Assembly: GCA_002778465.1 (NCBI GenBank)
Contig: PFBV01000003.1
Coordinates: 2,397 to 66,396 of the forward strand
DNA: 64,000 nucleotides
Direction of reading: 5' to 3'
From: Candidatus Magasanikbacteria bacterium CG10_big_fil_rev_8_21_14_0_10_36_32
Lineage (GTDB): Bacteria; Patescibacteriota; Patescibacteriia; Magasanikbacterales; GWA2-37-8
Of the stretch, positions 18,512 to 28,679 are shown piece by piece. The position numbers and the translations under genes are program-made. The notes beneath the pieces were generated by a model that saw nothing but the letters and a program-made list of their open reading frames with translations, had not been told where the DNA came from and ran no database searches. The stretch's first letter is position 1, and each line of letters begins with the position of its first letter.

Positions 18512-18598
18512 ATATACTTTTCTCTTGCTGCACCGAACATATAAACTTTTGGATAGGAAAATATGTAATATAATTATAGCACGAAACAAGGGTTTTCA

Positions 18599-19639
18599 CT
18601 AATCAACTCTCTGTTGTTCGCTAACCTGTCCATAACCCTCCTCTTCCGGCCATAAATATCGGCTAAAAATCCAACGAGCTAAATCACGCGCTTCACTAAA
18701 TCTGCTTTCGTTAGAGTTTGCGCCCAAGACTACTACAATAATTGGATGACGACGCTGGTCCATTAATCTAACAACAAAATTATAACGTGAATCGTTTATA
18801 AAACCTGTTTTACCCACGATATCTTCCTGATTAAAATTATTTGGAATCCATTTAGTTAATAACCAATTTGTACTCCACACTTGGTGCGATTCATTTTTTT
18901 GATTTAAAGGAACTAAAATATATTGAGGCATTCGCAAAGTTCTATTTATTTTTTCAAATCGAACAGCCTCTTTTAATAACTGGGCAACATCAGTGGCATT
19001 GCCGACATTACCAGAATCTAATCCTGTCGGCTCAACAAAACGCAATGAAGTTAAATTTAATTTATTCGCTTTTTCGTTCATTCGAGCAACAAATTGTTCC
19101 ATAGATATTCCACTATTACGCACCAAAGCTCGCACAGCGCTATTTGACGAACCAACTAACGCGACATTCCAAATATCGGAAAAATAATATTCCTCCCCAA
19201 TTTTAAATTGGTGACTACTTGAATCATCATCCGCTTCAGTAATGGTGGTAGTGGACGACCAATTGATCGGCAAATCTAACAAAACCATGGCGGACATTAA
19301 TTTTGTGATACTGGCCAAAGCACGAATGTTTTTGCTGTTTTTTTCAAATAAAATAGTACCTGTACGTTCATCAATAACAATGGAAGAAAACAAAGTAAAG
19401 GTAGCCGCACAAACCCCACTGTCTTTGGCTACCGGGGCTAATAATAAACTCGTCGGCCAACTGTTGGTTTGTCTAGAAACCGCCTGTTGTACTTGAATTT
19501 TTTCCCGCGGACCAGCTTGGGGAAATTTATTAAAAGATTTTCTAACAGCCGGGAAAGATACTGTAAAAATAAATATCAAAAAAACCCCCAGCACCATTAT
19601 TCCAAACGAAGAAAAAAAATTAAATAATTTTTCAGACAT
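18599..19639 (-). CDS. D-alanyl-D-alanine carboxypeptidase (serine-type, PBP5/6-like, S11)
   Basis: Active-site motifs SITK (SxxK), SSN (SxN) and KTG (VGKTGF). N-terminal TM/signal. Confidence 0.75.
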   Translation of the reverse strand: MSEKLFNFFSSFGIMVLGVFLIFIFTVSFPAVRKSFNKFPQAGPREKIQVQQAVSRQTNSWPTSLLLAPVAKDSGVCAATFTLFSSIVIDERTGTILFEKNSKNIRALASITKLMSAMVLLDLPINWSSTTTITEADDDSSSHQFKIGEEYYFSDIWNVALVGSSNSAVRALVRNSGISMEQFVARMNEKANKLNLTSLRFVEPTGLDSGNVGNATDVAQLLKEAVRFEKINRTLRMPQYILVPLNQKNESHQVWSTNWLLTKWIPNNFNQEDIVGKTGFINDSRYNFVVRLMDQRRHPIIVVVLGANSNESRFSEARDLARWIFSRYLWPEEEGYGQVSEQQRVD

Positions 19640-19654
19640 AAATTCTATCCGGCA

Positions 19655-20206
19655 TTATTGATTTTCAGTTGTTTTTTGTTCTAAAATTTTAATTACATAA
19701 TCATGATTATGTAAAATTTCAAAATCAGGCAATTCCTTAACACTGACAATTCCCAAATGACGCAAATATTCCATTGTTACTTCATAAGTTGGCAACAAAT
19801 TACTTGGATCTTCACTTTCTTTAACTAAATCACGAAGTAATAAATTACGTAAAATCAAACCGCAATTTACCCCTCGAATTTGTTCCAATTCCGGTTTAGT
19901 TATTGGACCGCAATAAGAAATAACTGTCAAAGTTTCCAATTGCGGACGGGTTAATTCCCCGGATACTTCAGCTTTTAAAAATTTTTCCGACATTGCTCTG
20001 TTTTCCGGATTAGAAACCATCTGCCACTCATCATTGTTTTGCAAAATTACCACACCTGAATCCGGCTGATTATATTTGATTGATAAACCTTTTAAAACTT
20101 CTGCCACTTCAGAATCGGAAACACCAATGGCTTTAGCAATTTTTTTAACCGTCAACGGTTTGGAGGCAACAAATAAAATTGACTCTACTTGAGATAATAA
20201 TGTCAT
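19655..20206 (-). CDS. scpB: segregation and condensation protein B
   Basis: VESILFVASKPLTVKKIAKAIGV ... winged-helix pair. 183 aa. Directly downstream of scpA. Confidence 0.8.
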   Translation of the reverse strand: MTLLSQVESILFVASKPLTVKKIAKAIGVSDSEVAEVLKGLSIKYNQPDSGVVILQNNDEWQMVSNPENRAMSEKFLKAEVSGELTRPQLETLTVISYCGPITKPELEQIRGVNCGLILRNLLLRDLVKESEDPSNLLPTYEVTMEYLRHLGIVSVKELPDFEILHNHDYVIKILEQKTTENQ

Positions 20207-20208
20207 AT

Positions 20209-20901
20209 TTAAAATTGTGTTATCAAAATATCCTCAAAGGATTGTTTTTGATTAATAGTAATTTTTAATTGTTTAACCAGTTCAAGCAAAGCCAAAAAAC
20301 TTGCAATCACTTCAGTCCGATTTTCAGCTTTAATTAAAATTGACGAAAAACTCACTTGTTTCTGCTGTTTTAAAAGATTATAAATATAATCAATTTGATT
20401 TTTTACCGACACAGTACGATCAATTGTTATCTTTGGTAACGGTGACAATGGTTTGATTTTTTTTAACAAACCAATAAAAGAATTTTTTAAATCTTCCACT
20501 GTCGCATTGAGTGGTAAAATAAAATGGTCTAACTTTATCGGCGGTTCGTGGCGTCCATAAGCAATTTGTCCAGCTGTCCAAAATTTATTAACATGAAGGC
20601 TGGCTTCAATATAACGCTTATACATTTTAAGTTGATCCGCCAAACTTAAACCATCATCTTCTTCCGCAGATAAATATGGTAATAAATTACGAGACTTAAG
20701 ATAAACCAACTTCGTAGCAATAACCAAAAAATCGGCCAGCTCTTCCGGTCGACTTTCATCTAACCGACTTAAATAATCAAAATATTGTTCAGTGACTTTT
20801 GAAAGGGAAATTTCCGTAATATTTAATTCTTCCTGCTCAATCAGCTGAAGCAATAAATCAAGCGGCCCTTGAAATTTTTCCAACTTTATTTCAGTGGACA
20901 T
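20209..20901 (-). CDS. scpA: segregation and condensation protein A
   Basis: LEKFQGPLDLLLQLIEQEELNITEISLSKVTEQY is the typical ScpA N-terminus. 230 aa. Confidence 0.8.
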   Translation of the reverse strand: MSTEIKLEKFQGPLDLLLQLIEQEELNITEISLSKVTEQYFDYLSRLDESRPEELADFLVIATKLVYLKSRNLLPYLSAEEDDGLSLADQLKMYKRYIEASLHVNKFWTAGQIAYGRHEPPIKLDHFILPLNATVEDLKNSFIGLLKKIKPLSPLPKITIDRTVSVKNQIDYIYNLLKQQKQVSFSSILIKAENRTEVIASFLALLELVKQLKITINQKQSFEDILITQF

Positions 20902-20924
20902 AAAATAAAAAACTATTTGTTTTA

Positions 20925-21185
20925 CTATTCCAACGACATCACAATATAACCTCTTTTTTTCGTTTCTTCACGAGGCCAAAATTCAAGATCACTGGTCTTT
21001 AAAACAAATGTTATTGTTTTTTGTAAAGTTCGTCCCGTGTATTCTTTTGTCTGTGGATTATATTCTTTGAGAATCAAAGTGTCTCCGGATTGACAATCAA
21101 AATCAGCTAAACGCAAATCAAATTTTTTCTTTCCCTCCAATACCTGCTGAAATAAATCCGGCCAAGCCTTCTTCTCAATCATCAT
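20925..21185 (-). CDS. DUF3850/ASCH-like small RNA-binding-fold protein
   Basis: KKKFDLRLADFDCQSGDTLILKEYNPQTKEYTGRTL resembles the DUF3850 consensus (KKTFEIRKNDRDYqvGDiLvLrEyd...yTGR). Confidence 0.5.
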   Translation of the reverse strand: MMIEKKAWPDLFQQVLEGKKKFDLRLADFDCQSGDTLILKEYNPQTKEYTGRTLQKTITFVLKTSDLEFWPREETKKRGYIVMSLE

Positions 21186-21188
21186 AAT

Positions 21189-22577
21189 TTATTTTAATTT
21201 AATATGAGCTTCTTTCAGCGCTGATTCAGGCATTGGCGATGGCGCACCCATCATCAAATCGCGGGCATCGCCGGTTTTCGGAAAAGCCATCACTTCACGA
21301 ATATTTTCTTCGCCAGACAATAACATAATCAAACGATCCAAACCTAAAGCAATACCACCGTGTGGTGGCGGAGCGAAAGTAAACGCTTCCAACATATGAC
21401 CAAAACGACTTTGTGTTTCTTCATCAGATAAACCAAGTATTTTAAATACTTTTTTTTGCAATTCACGCTCAAAAATTCTCAAACTGCCACCACCAATTTC
21501 AAAACCGTTCAAAACCAAATCGTATGCATTAGCTCGAACTTTCAAAGGTTCTTTATCCATTAAATTTAAATCTTCATCTAGTGGACGAGTAAAAGGATGA
21601 TGAACGGCGACAATTTTATTTTCACTTTCACTTTTTTCAAACATTGGAAAATCTACAACCCAGCAAAATGCTAAAGATTTTGAATCTTTATCTTTCCTCA
21701 AATCCGGCTTGTCACTTTGATATTTATCTATTGCTTCTTTGTACGTCAGTCGCGGGAAAGGTTTTTCTTGAATAGTTAAATGAGGAAATTGTTTTTCTAC
21801 CAATTCAATTGTCATTTTTTCCATCAACTGTAAAATATCTTCCTGTGAAAAAAATGACGTTTCCATATCCAACTGTGTAAACTCCGGCTGACGATCGCCG
21901 CGCTGATCTTCATCGCGAAAACAACGAGCAATCTGAAAATATCTTTCCACACCACCAACCATCAACAACTGTTTAAACTGTTGAGGTGACTGTGGTAAAA
22001 CATAAAAATTTCCCGGATAAACACGGGACGGAACTAAAAATTCACGGGCGCCTTCCGGTGTTCCTTTAGTCAATGATGGTGTTTCTATTTCCCAAAAACC
22101 TTGTTCGGATAAATAATTACGTAAAAATAAATTAATATTATGACGAATTTCCAAATTATTTTTCATCCTCTCTGAACGCAAATCAAGATATCGATATTTC
22201 AAACGCAATTCTTCGCTAATAATTTTAGTGTCAGCGCTAACTTCAAATGGCATTGGTTCCGATTCAGTGATGATTTTAATTTCTTTAGCTAAAATTTCAA
22301 TCGTACCGGTCGGCATATCCGGATTTTGCTGTTTAGCACCGCGTTCCTGAACAATACCGCGAATTTCTAAAAGATATTCCAAGCGCGCTCGTTTCAATTC
22401 TTCATTGGATTTTTCATCCAATTCGCTCGGTACACCGACCACTTGTAAAATTCCTTCACGGTCACGCAAATCCAAAAACGCAATTTTGCCCATATTACGC
22501 CGGGCGTTCACCCAGCCTTTCAGCAAAACCTCCTCCCCCACTTTATTAACAGTATCAACGGAATAAATTCTATTCAT
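21189..22577 (-). CDS. aspS: aspartate--tRNA ligase, short archaeal/eukaryote-type lacking the GAD insertion (likely non-discriminating)
   Basis: N-terminal OB anticodon-binding domain. Motif 2 FRDEDQRGDRQPEFTQLDMETSF (AspRS signature). Motif 3 GIALGLDRLIML. Only 462 aa. Confidence 0.85.
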   Translation of the reverse strand: MNRIYSVDTVNKVGEEVLLKGWVNARRNMGKIAFLDLRDREGILQVVGVPSELDEKSNEELKRARLEYLLEIRGIVQERGAKQQNPDMPTGTIEILAKEIKIITESEPMPFEVSADTKIISEELRLKYRYLDLRSERMKNNLEIRHNINLFLRNYLSEQGFWEIETPSLTKGTPEGAREFLVPSRVYPGNFYVLPQSPQQFKQLLMVGGVERYFQIARCFRDEDQRGDRQPEFTQLDMETSFFSQEDILQLMEKMTIELVEKQFPHLTIQEKPFPRLTYKEAIDKYQSDKPDLRKDKDSKSLAFCWVVDFPMFEKSESENKIVAVHHPFTRPLDEDLNLMDKEPLKVRANAYDLVLNGFEIGGGSLRIFERELQKKVFKILGLSDEETQSRFGHMLEAFTFAPPPHGGIALGLDRLIMLLSGEENIREVMAFPKTGDARDLMMGAPSPMPESALKEAHIKLK

Positions 22578-22586
22578 AAAAAATAT

Positions 22587-23582
22587 TTAGCAAAATAATT
22601 CGGCCATTTCCACCAAACGGTAGGAATAACCCATTTCATTATCATACCAAGCGACAACTTTAACTAAATCACCATCAACCACATTGATTAAATTTAAATC
22701 AACAACGGCTGAATAAGGATTGGCGACAAAATCTGAAGAAACCAACTCCTCAGAAGTGGTTATTAAAATATTTTTAAATCTTGGTGTTTTAGAAGCCTCA
22801 ATCATTGCCTTGTGAATTTCTTCTTTAGTCACTTTCTTTTTCATTATGGCGGTAATGTCAGCCAGAGAAACTGTCAAAATCGGCACGCGAAGCGATAATC
22901 CGTCAAAAATACCTTTTAAGCTTGGGATAACCTCCCCGACCGCTTTAGCTGCACCAGTGGTAGTTGGAACAATATTTTGCGCCGCCGCCCGAGCCCGACG
23001 CAAATCTTTATGCGGACCATCTTGTAAATTTTGATCAGCGGTATAACCATGAACCGTACTCATCATCGCTTTTTTAATACCAAACTTTTCTTCCAATACA
23101 GCCATTATGGGAGCAATGCAATTAGTGGTGCAGGAAGCATTATTAATAATGGAAGATTTTTCTTTTTTAACCAAACCGCAATTAACACCTCTAACATAAG
23201 TTGGTATTTCACCGCCTTTTCCGGGCGCGCTAAGAATCACTCTTTTTGCTCCGGCCTTAATGTGCAATTCCGCTCCTTCTCGCTTGGTAAATTTACCGGT
23301 ACATTCTAAAACTGTATCAATTTTTAATTTTTTCCACGGCAAAACGGCCGGATCTTTTTCAGCATAAACCGGTATTTTTTTTCCATCCACAATAATATGA
23401 TTATCATCAAACGAAACTTTTCTTTCCCATTCACGATAAGAAGTATCATATTTCAACAAATGAGCCAAGGTTTTTGGATCAGTCAAATCATTAATGGCGA
23501 CAATGTTAATATTTTTTCGGGCAAAAGCTATTTTAAAAGCTTGACGGCCAATCCGACCAAAACCATTGATTGCAAGATTCAT
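22587..23582 (-). CDS. gap: glyceraldehyde-3-phosphate dehydrogenase
   Basis: INGFGRIGRQ Rossmann motif and active-site SCTTNCIAP. Confidence 0.9.
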   Translation of the reverse strand: MNLAINGFGRIGRQAFKIAFARKNINIVAINDLTDPKTLAHLLKYDTSYREWERKVSFDDNHIIVDGKKIPVYAEKDPAVLPWKKLKIDTVLECTGKFTKREGAELHIKAGAKRVILSAPGKGGEIPTYVRGVNCGLVKKEKSSIINNASCTTNCIAPIMAVLEEKFGIKKAMMSTVHGYTADQNLQDGPHKDLRRARAAAQNIVPTTTGAAKAVGEVIPSLKGIFDGLSLRVPILTVSLADITAIMKKKVTKEEIHKAMIEASKTPRFKNILITTSEELVSSDFVANPYSAVVDLNLINVVDGDLVKVVAWYDNEMGYSYRLVEMAELFC

Positions 23583-23585
23583 ATT

Positions 23586-23897
23586 TTAAAAAATTAAAAC
23601 AAATAAAATAACAATAAATAAAATAGATGCCAGCCAGCCGACAGTAGAAAATAACAAAGTAAGCGCGTCCTTTTTTTGATTATCTAAATATAACAATACC
23701 GGTTTGCCAAAAATTAAAATACCCATAATCGTAGCGGACAAAACCAACAAAAGCAACACTATCACCGGACCAAAAAATGGAACATTATCAATTTTAATTA
23801 TTTTGTCGGCGCAAAATACAAATACAGCCACGCAAAAAATATAGGCAGTGGCCAAAAAAGCGTGAACAAACGAATATTTAAGTATTTTTTTATTCAT
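23586..23897 (-). CDS. small membrane protein, hypothetical
   Basis: 103 aa with three hydrophobic helices and no recognisable domain. Confidence 0.3.
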   Translation of the reverse strand: MNKKILKYSFVHAFLATAYIFCVAVFVFCADKIIKIDNVPFFGPVIVLLLLVLSATIMGILIFGKPVLLYLDNQKKDALTLLFSTVGWLASILFIVILFVLIF

Positions 23898-23920
23898 AAG
23901 ATAGTATAATTATATCTTTT

Positions 23921-25105
23921 TTACATGACTCTGGCAAATATGCACTTGAGATATTCTCCTTCAGTAAAAGCCGCCAATTCCGGATGATCTATTCCATGAG
24001 TATAAACTTCCAAAATCTGAACCACTCTCCCAGCTCGGCCGGCCGCCTCCGACAACATATGGCGAAAATCCATCATACTGACATGAGCGGAGCAAGAAGC
24101 TGTAACTAAAATTCCGTTTGGAGACAAAAGACGCAAGGCGGCCTCATTTATTTTACGATAACCTTGCAGACCTTCACGTATTTTGTGGCGATCTTTAACA
24201 AAAGCCGGCGGATCTAAAATAATTAAATCAAAATCTTTTTCCGGTGGATTGTATAAATAATCTTTCACATCAGCAGAAATAAATTCGCATTTTTTTGAAT
24301 CTAATTTATTCAATTTAATATTTTCTTCCGCTAATTTTAAAGCGATTTCTGACGCATCCACACTAATAACTTTTTTTGCGCCGGCTGATAAGGCATACAC
24401 ACTAAAACCACCGGTATAAGAAAAGCAATTTAATACTCTTTTATTTTTAGAATATTTTTTCAAAGCTTGACGCTTATTGCGCTGATCTAAAAAAAATCCT
24501 GTTTTCTGTCCACTAATAATATCCACAACAAATTTATAACCATTTTCTAAAATTGTAACTTTTTTAGGAAGTTTGCCATATAATAAGCCAACTTCTTTTT
24601 CCATCTGCTCACGCGCTCGCCCACCAACATCAGAACGCTCATATATTCCTTTTGGTTTTAAACATTTTATCAATGCATCAAGAATATTATGTTTCCAAAA
24701 TTCAATACCTCGATTATGAAATTGGACGGATAAATAATTGCCATATTTATCCACCACCAAACCGGGCAACAAATCACTCTCACTATTTATTAAACGATAA
24801 GCGTCGGTGTTTTTATCAACTACATAATCTTGCCGTAATTTATAAGCATCTGTAATTCGTTTGACAAAAAAATTATCATTTATAACTTCTTTTTCATCCC
24901 AACTCCACAAACGAACAGCCATTTGCGAATAAGAATTAAAATATCCTTGCGCCAAAAAATGTCCGGTTTCATCAACCAATTGAACTGACTGTCCGCAAGA
25001 TAAACCTTCCGGGACATATTTTAAAGCGCCGGAAAAAACCCACGGATGACGACCTAAAATTGGCCCGACACGATTTTGGTTTACAATAAGTTTAGTCATA
25101 AACAT
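23921..25105 (-). CDS. class I SAM-dependent rRNA methyltransferase with PUA-like N-terminus (RlmI/RlmK family)
   Basis: MTase fold motifs LNCFSYTGGFSVYA, ISVDAS and ILDPPAF. ~394 aa, typical of RlmI. Confidence 0.7.
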   Translation of the reverse strand: MFMTKLIVNQNRVGPILGRHPWVFSGALKYVPEGLSCGQSVQLVDETGHFLAQGYFNSYSQMAVRLWSWDEKEVINDNFFVKRITDAYKLRQDYVVDKNTDAYRLINSESDLLPGLVVDKYGNYLSVQFHNRGIEFWKHNILDALIKCLKPKGIYERSDVGGRAREQMEKEVGLLYGKLPKKVTILENGYKFVVDIISGQKTGFFLDQRNKRQALKKYSKNKRVLNCFSYTGGFSVYALSAGAKKVISVDASEIALKLAEENIKLNKLDSKKCEFISADVKDYLYNPPEKDFDLIILDPPAFVKDRHKIREGLQGYRKINEAALRLLSPNGILVTASCSAHVSMMDFRHMLSEAAGRAGRVVQILEVYTHGIDHPELAAFTEGEYLKCIFARVM

Positions 25106-25185
25106 AACCTAAATTATATCTTATTTTAATACAAAAAACCGCCCAACGCAATAGTCGGACGGTTTTTATTTTCAATTAATATCAA

Positions 25186-27648
25186 TTATTGTACCAATTC
25201 ATTCAAGGCGGCACGAGTTAACGGACCGAGCCAACCTGGATATGGAGATAAATTTTTATCTTGTTGGAATTTAACCACCGCCGCTTTAGTAACATTGCCA
25301 AAGTAACCGGTGATAGTAGGATATGTGAAATAACCAAGATCTTTCAATAATTGTTGCAATTGGGTAACAGCCTCGCCTCTGGAACCAATATAAAGATAAT
25401 TCTTAAATTGATAACCGGTAGGCGTGACAACCGCAACTGCCGGAGTTTCTTCAACAACAACTTCTTCTGTGACGGGTTTGGTTAATTTGTTCAAAGCAAT
25501 ACGGGTTAACGGACCAATATGTCCGGGAAATGAAGAAAAACCTTGGGCTTGTTGGAATTTAACTACCGCCGCTTTAGTAATATTACCAAAGTAACCGGTG
25601 ATGGATGAGTAGGTATAATAACCTAAATCTTTTAATAATTGCTGTAACTGTTTAACTTCTTCACCTTGCGAACCAACGCCTAAATAATTATTAAACTGAG
25701 CGGTGACATTAGTGGTAACAACCGGAGTAATTGGAGTTTCGGTAGTGGTTTCAGCTACAGTTTCAGTTGTAGTTTCTGTGACAGTTTCGGTAGTGGTTTC
25801 AGCTACAGTTTCAGTTGTAGTTTCTGTGACAGTTTCGGTAGTGGTTTCAGCTACAGGAGCAACATATGAAGAACCAGATGAAGAACCACCCCCACCGCCC
25901 GAATAAGCACTAACTGAATAATTAGCTGTGTCAGTGTCAGTATCAGCACTCTCTTTACTATCAACAAAAGCTAAAGATAAACTATGATCACCAGAAACAT
26001 TGAGCTGTCCATTGTTTGATAATGCGCCAGCAGTCACTACCAGTGGCAAAGCTGAACTGCGAAATATGCCGGTATCCACTCCTGTTTCGGTTAATGTAAT
26101 TGCCTCACTGTCAGAATAAGGACTGGCGGTAATCAGTGAACCGCTAATTGTGTCAGCAACTGTGTTACTTAAATTACCATCATGATCTTCTACGGTAACA
26201 TAGACAGAATCAGCGGAAGTAAAAGTTGACACTTCCGTACCGGCGCTATTGGTCAATTTAACTGAAGTCGCAGGATGTTTAATGGCGCCATTTTCCGTGA
26301 TAGTCCCATTATTATCAAATGTTACCGGAGCGTAAAGATATTTATCAGCCCAAATCGTAGTGGTACCACTATTTATAAACGAATTGGATGAAGTGGCACT
26401 ATCACTAAAAAAATATGTGCCGGTTCCAAAAACCAAATCATAATAAGTTTCTGCTGTACTGGTCACTGCACCGGTACTGGTATATTGCACATTAGAAGCA
26501 CTGGAAGAAAAAATACCATTATTTACCAGTGGGGTTCCTGAACCTGATAAAACAAGGGTGTATGTGGCGGCGTCAAATTCCGTATCAGTATCAACAGTTA
26601 ACACATTAGTAACAGTCAAATTACCAGCTAAAGTAGTAGTAACACCTGTAGTAGTTAAATTATAGAATGTAGTGTCACCGGTTCCACCCAAAGTATAATT
26701 AGCGCTCTCATCTGTCATGGACACTGTACCGGAAGTTTGGGTGACTGTGCCAGAATTGTCTAAATTACAAGCCAAATCCAAATCATAAGCAGCTAAATCT
26801 AAAGTTGAATTTTCGTCAATACTTATATTACTATCTATATCAATATTACCAGCTAAAGTGACAGTAGAAGAAGTAAGAGTTAAGTTGTACAAAGTAGTAA
26901 CACCGGAACCGCCCAAAGTAACTCCTTGACCACTTCTCATAATAGTATAACTGGCGTTTGATTGTGTAACTGTACCGGAATTATAAAAATTACCATCAAC
27001 AATTAATTCGTTATTTATTGCACTTAAAATCAAACTCTTACCTGAATTAACAGTAATATCATTATTTACAATCACAAAATTAGTTCCATTTGATGTATAA
27101 GAACCATCAATGACTAAGTTATAAAAATCAACACTTGTTGTACTAATTGTTAATGTTGCATCATCACCATAAAGTACAACATTCATACCTGTTAAACCGG
27201 CCCATTTGGCATTACCATTAATAATAAAACTTCCGCCGACACGAAATACACCACTGCCTGTTGTTGAAACTGTACCTCCAGCTTGGTAAAAATATGAAGT
27301 AGTGGCATTTGCTTCACCAATTGAAACTACTCCATTATAAGTTACATCAATTGCAACACTAAGCGTAGTTGTTAAACCTGTGTCCCAAATAGCGTTAGTA
27401 GAAGTAGCTTCAGGGGAAAGATAATCGCTTCTAAGCTGCAAACCAGCGCCAACAACATTAGAACAAGGACTGCCATCAGCAAGCGCGGAATCATACCAAT
27501 TAGTTGGGTCACTCATATTTTGACTGGAAGAAGCTGTCCAATAACAACTTAATCCCGCAGCTGAAGCCGGAGCGACATTACCAAATAAAAACCACGCGCC
27601 GACTAAAATAGCGGCGGCAAACGAAATTTTTCTCCACGACATATTCAT
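25186..27648 (-). CDS. large secreted protein with signal peptide, beta-helix-like N-region, TETTTETV repeat region and two C-terminal peptidoglycan-binding (PG_binding_1) domains
   Basis: Signal peptide MNMSWRKISFAAAILVGAWFLFGNVAPASA. The LQQLLKDLGYYTYSSITGYFGNITKAAVVKFQQ module occurs twice at the C-terminus. Ser/Thr-rich repeats. Confidence 0.6.
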   Translation of the reverse strand: MNMSWRKISFAAAILVGAWFLFGNVAPASAAGLSCYWTASSSQNMSDPTNWYDSALADGSPCSNVVGAGLQLRSDYLSPEATSTNAIWDTGLTTTLSVAIDVTYNGVVSIGEANATTSYFYQAGGTVSTTGSGVFRVGGSFIINGNAKWAGLTGMNVVLYGDDATLTISTTSVDFYNLVIDGSYTSNGTNFVIVNNDITVNSGKSLILSAINNELIVDGNFYNSGTVTQSNASYTIMRSGQGVTLGGSGVTTLYNLTLTSSTVTLAGNIDIDSNISIDENSTLDLAAYDLDLACNLDNSGTVTQTSGTVSMTDESANYTLGGTGDTTFYNLTTTGVTTTLAGNLTVTNVLTVDTDTEFDAATYTLVLSGSGTPLVNNGIFSSSASNVQYTSTGAVTSTAETYYDLVFGTGTYFFSDSATSSNSFINSGTTTIWADKYLYAPVTFDNNGTITENGAIKHPATSVKLTNSAGTEVSTFTSADSVYVTVEDHDGNLSNTVADTISGSLITASPYSDSEAITLTETGVDTGIFRSSALPLVVTAGALSNNGQLNVSGDHSLSLAFVDSKESADTDTDTANYSVSAYSGGGGGSSSGSSYVAPVAETTTETVTETTTETVAETTTETVTETTTETVAETTTETPITPVVTTNVTAQFNNYLGVGSQGEEVKQLQQLLKDLGYYTYSSITGYFGNITKAAVVKFQQAQGFSSFPGHIGPLTRIALNKLTKPVTEEVVVEETPAVAVVTPTGYQFKNYLYIGSRGEAVTQLQQLLKDLGYFTYPTITGYFGNVTKAAVVKFQQDKNLSPYPGWLGPLTRAALNELVQ
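25741..25856. repeat. tandem repeat, 48-nt unit in ~2.4 copies, encoding ETTTETVTETTTETVA repeats inside the 820-aa gene
   Basis: The unit ggtagtggtttcagctacagtttcagttgtagtttctgtgacagtttc is repeated exactly at 25741-25788 and 25789-25836, with a partial third copy. Confidence 0.75.
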
Positions 27649-27755
27649 AAAAAATTAAATAAATAATTTAAATATAAAATCACTTAAATATTATAACGTT
27701 TCTAAAAGTATTACGCAACCCCATTGACAACAACCATACCTGTAAATAACAAAAA

Positions 27756-27781
27756 AGACGGCTTTTGGCCGTCTTTTTTTA
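27756..27781 (-). terminator. bidirectional intrinsic terminator downstream of tsf
   Basis: Perfect hairpin agacggc-tttt-ggccgtct, flanked by an A-run and a T-run. Confidence 0.6.
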
Positions 27782-27791
27782 TTTTTTAATT

Positions 27792-28646
27792 TTATTTCAT
27801 CTGTTCAGCTACCTCTGTGGCAAAATCACAACTTTTCTTGGTAATCCCATCACCTAATTCATATCGCCAAAATAATTTTACTTTAGCACCGGCCGTTTCA
27901 GCCAATTGACCAATAGTTTTTTCTTCATCTTTAATAAACGGCTGTTCAAACAAACAAACTTCACTGTAAAATTTATCCATTTTACCTTTCACAATATTGA
28001 CAATGATATTTTCCGGCTTGCCTTGAGCGCGCAATTGTTCGGAAGCGATTTCTTGTTCTTTTTCCAAAACACTACCGTCAACTTCCTCACGATTCAAATA
28101 ACGCGGACCGGTAGCGGCGGCATGCATAGCAATCTCACGAGCTAAATCTTCACTGCCGCCTTCCAATACCACCAACACCGAAATCTTGCCACCCATATGA
28201 ACATAAGCGCCAAAATTTTCTTCAGCAGATTTATTAATTACAGCAATGCGGCGCAAATTTAATTTCTCTCCAATTTTAGAAACCGTCTCGCTGAATTTAT
28301 CTTGCAAACCTTTCATAGCTTCTTCAACTGAAGCAGGTTTATTTTCAATCAAATAATCAGCAACAAAAGAAACTAAATTTTTAAAATCATCACTTTTGGC
28401 GGCAAAATCGGATTCCGAATTCACTTCAGCAATCACGGCTACATCATTCTGAACTTTCACAACAGTCAAACCTTCGGCAGCGATTTTATCTCCGCGTTTA
28501 GCAGCTTTAATCACGCCTTTTTTACGCAAAATTTCAGTTGCTTTATCTGTGTCACCATTAGCTTCATCTAAAGCTTTTTTGCAATCCATCATGCCGGCTC
28601 CGGTCATTTCACGTAATTTTGAAATATCTTGAATTGTAATAGCCAT
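27792..28646 (-). CDS. tsf: translation elongation factor Ts
   Basis: MAITIQDISKLREMTGAGMMDCKKALDEANGD (UBA-like N-terminus) and the EF-Ts core. Confidence 0.9.
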   Translation of the reverse strand: MAITIQDISKLREMTGAGMMDCKKALDEANGDTDKATEILRKKGVIKAAKRGDKIAAEGLTVVKVQNDVAVIAEVNSESDFAAKSDDFKNLVSFVADYLIENKPASVEEAMKGLQDKFSETVSKIGEKLNLRRIAVINKSAEENFGAYVHMGGKISVLVVLEGGSEDLAREIAMHAAATGPRYLNREEVDGSVLEKEQEIASEQLRAQGKPENIIVNIVKGKMDKFYSEVCLFEQPFIKDEEKTIGQLAETAGAKVKLFWRYELGDGITKKSCDFATEVAEQMK

Positions 28647-28679
28647 AAGAATAGAAATTAGAAAATAGAAATTATAATT

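Noticed and set aside
16352-18589. Long N-terminal extensions of eno (to 16373) and pgk (to 18589) in the ORF track
   Set aside because: The extensions (MYLSLII and MFRAIIILHIFLSKSLYVRCSKRKVY) precede the conserved N-terminal signatures. Internal Met codons give canonical lengths.
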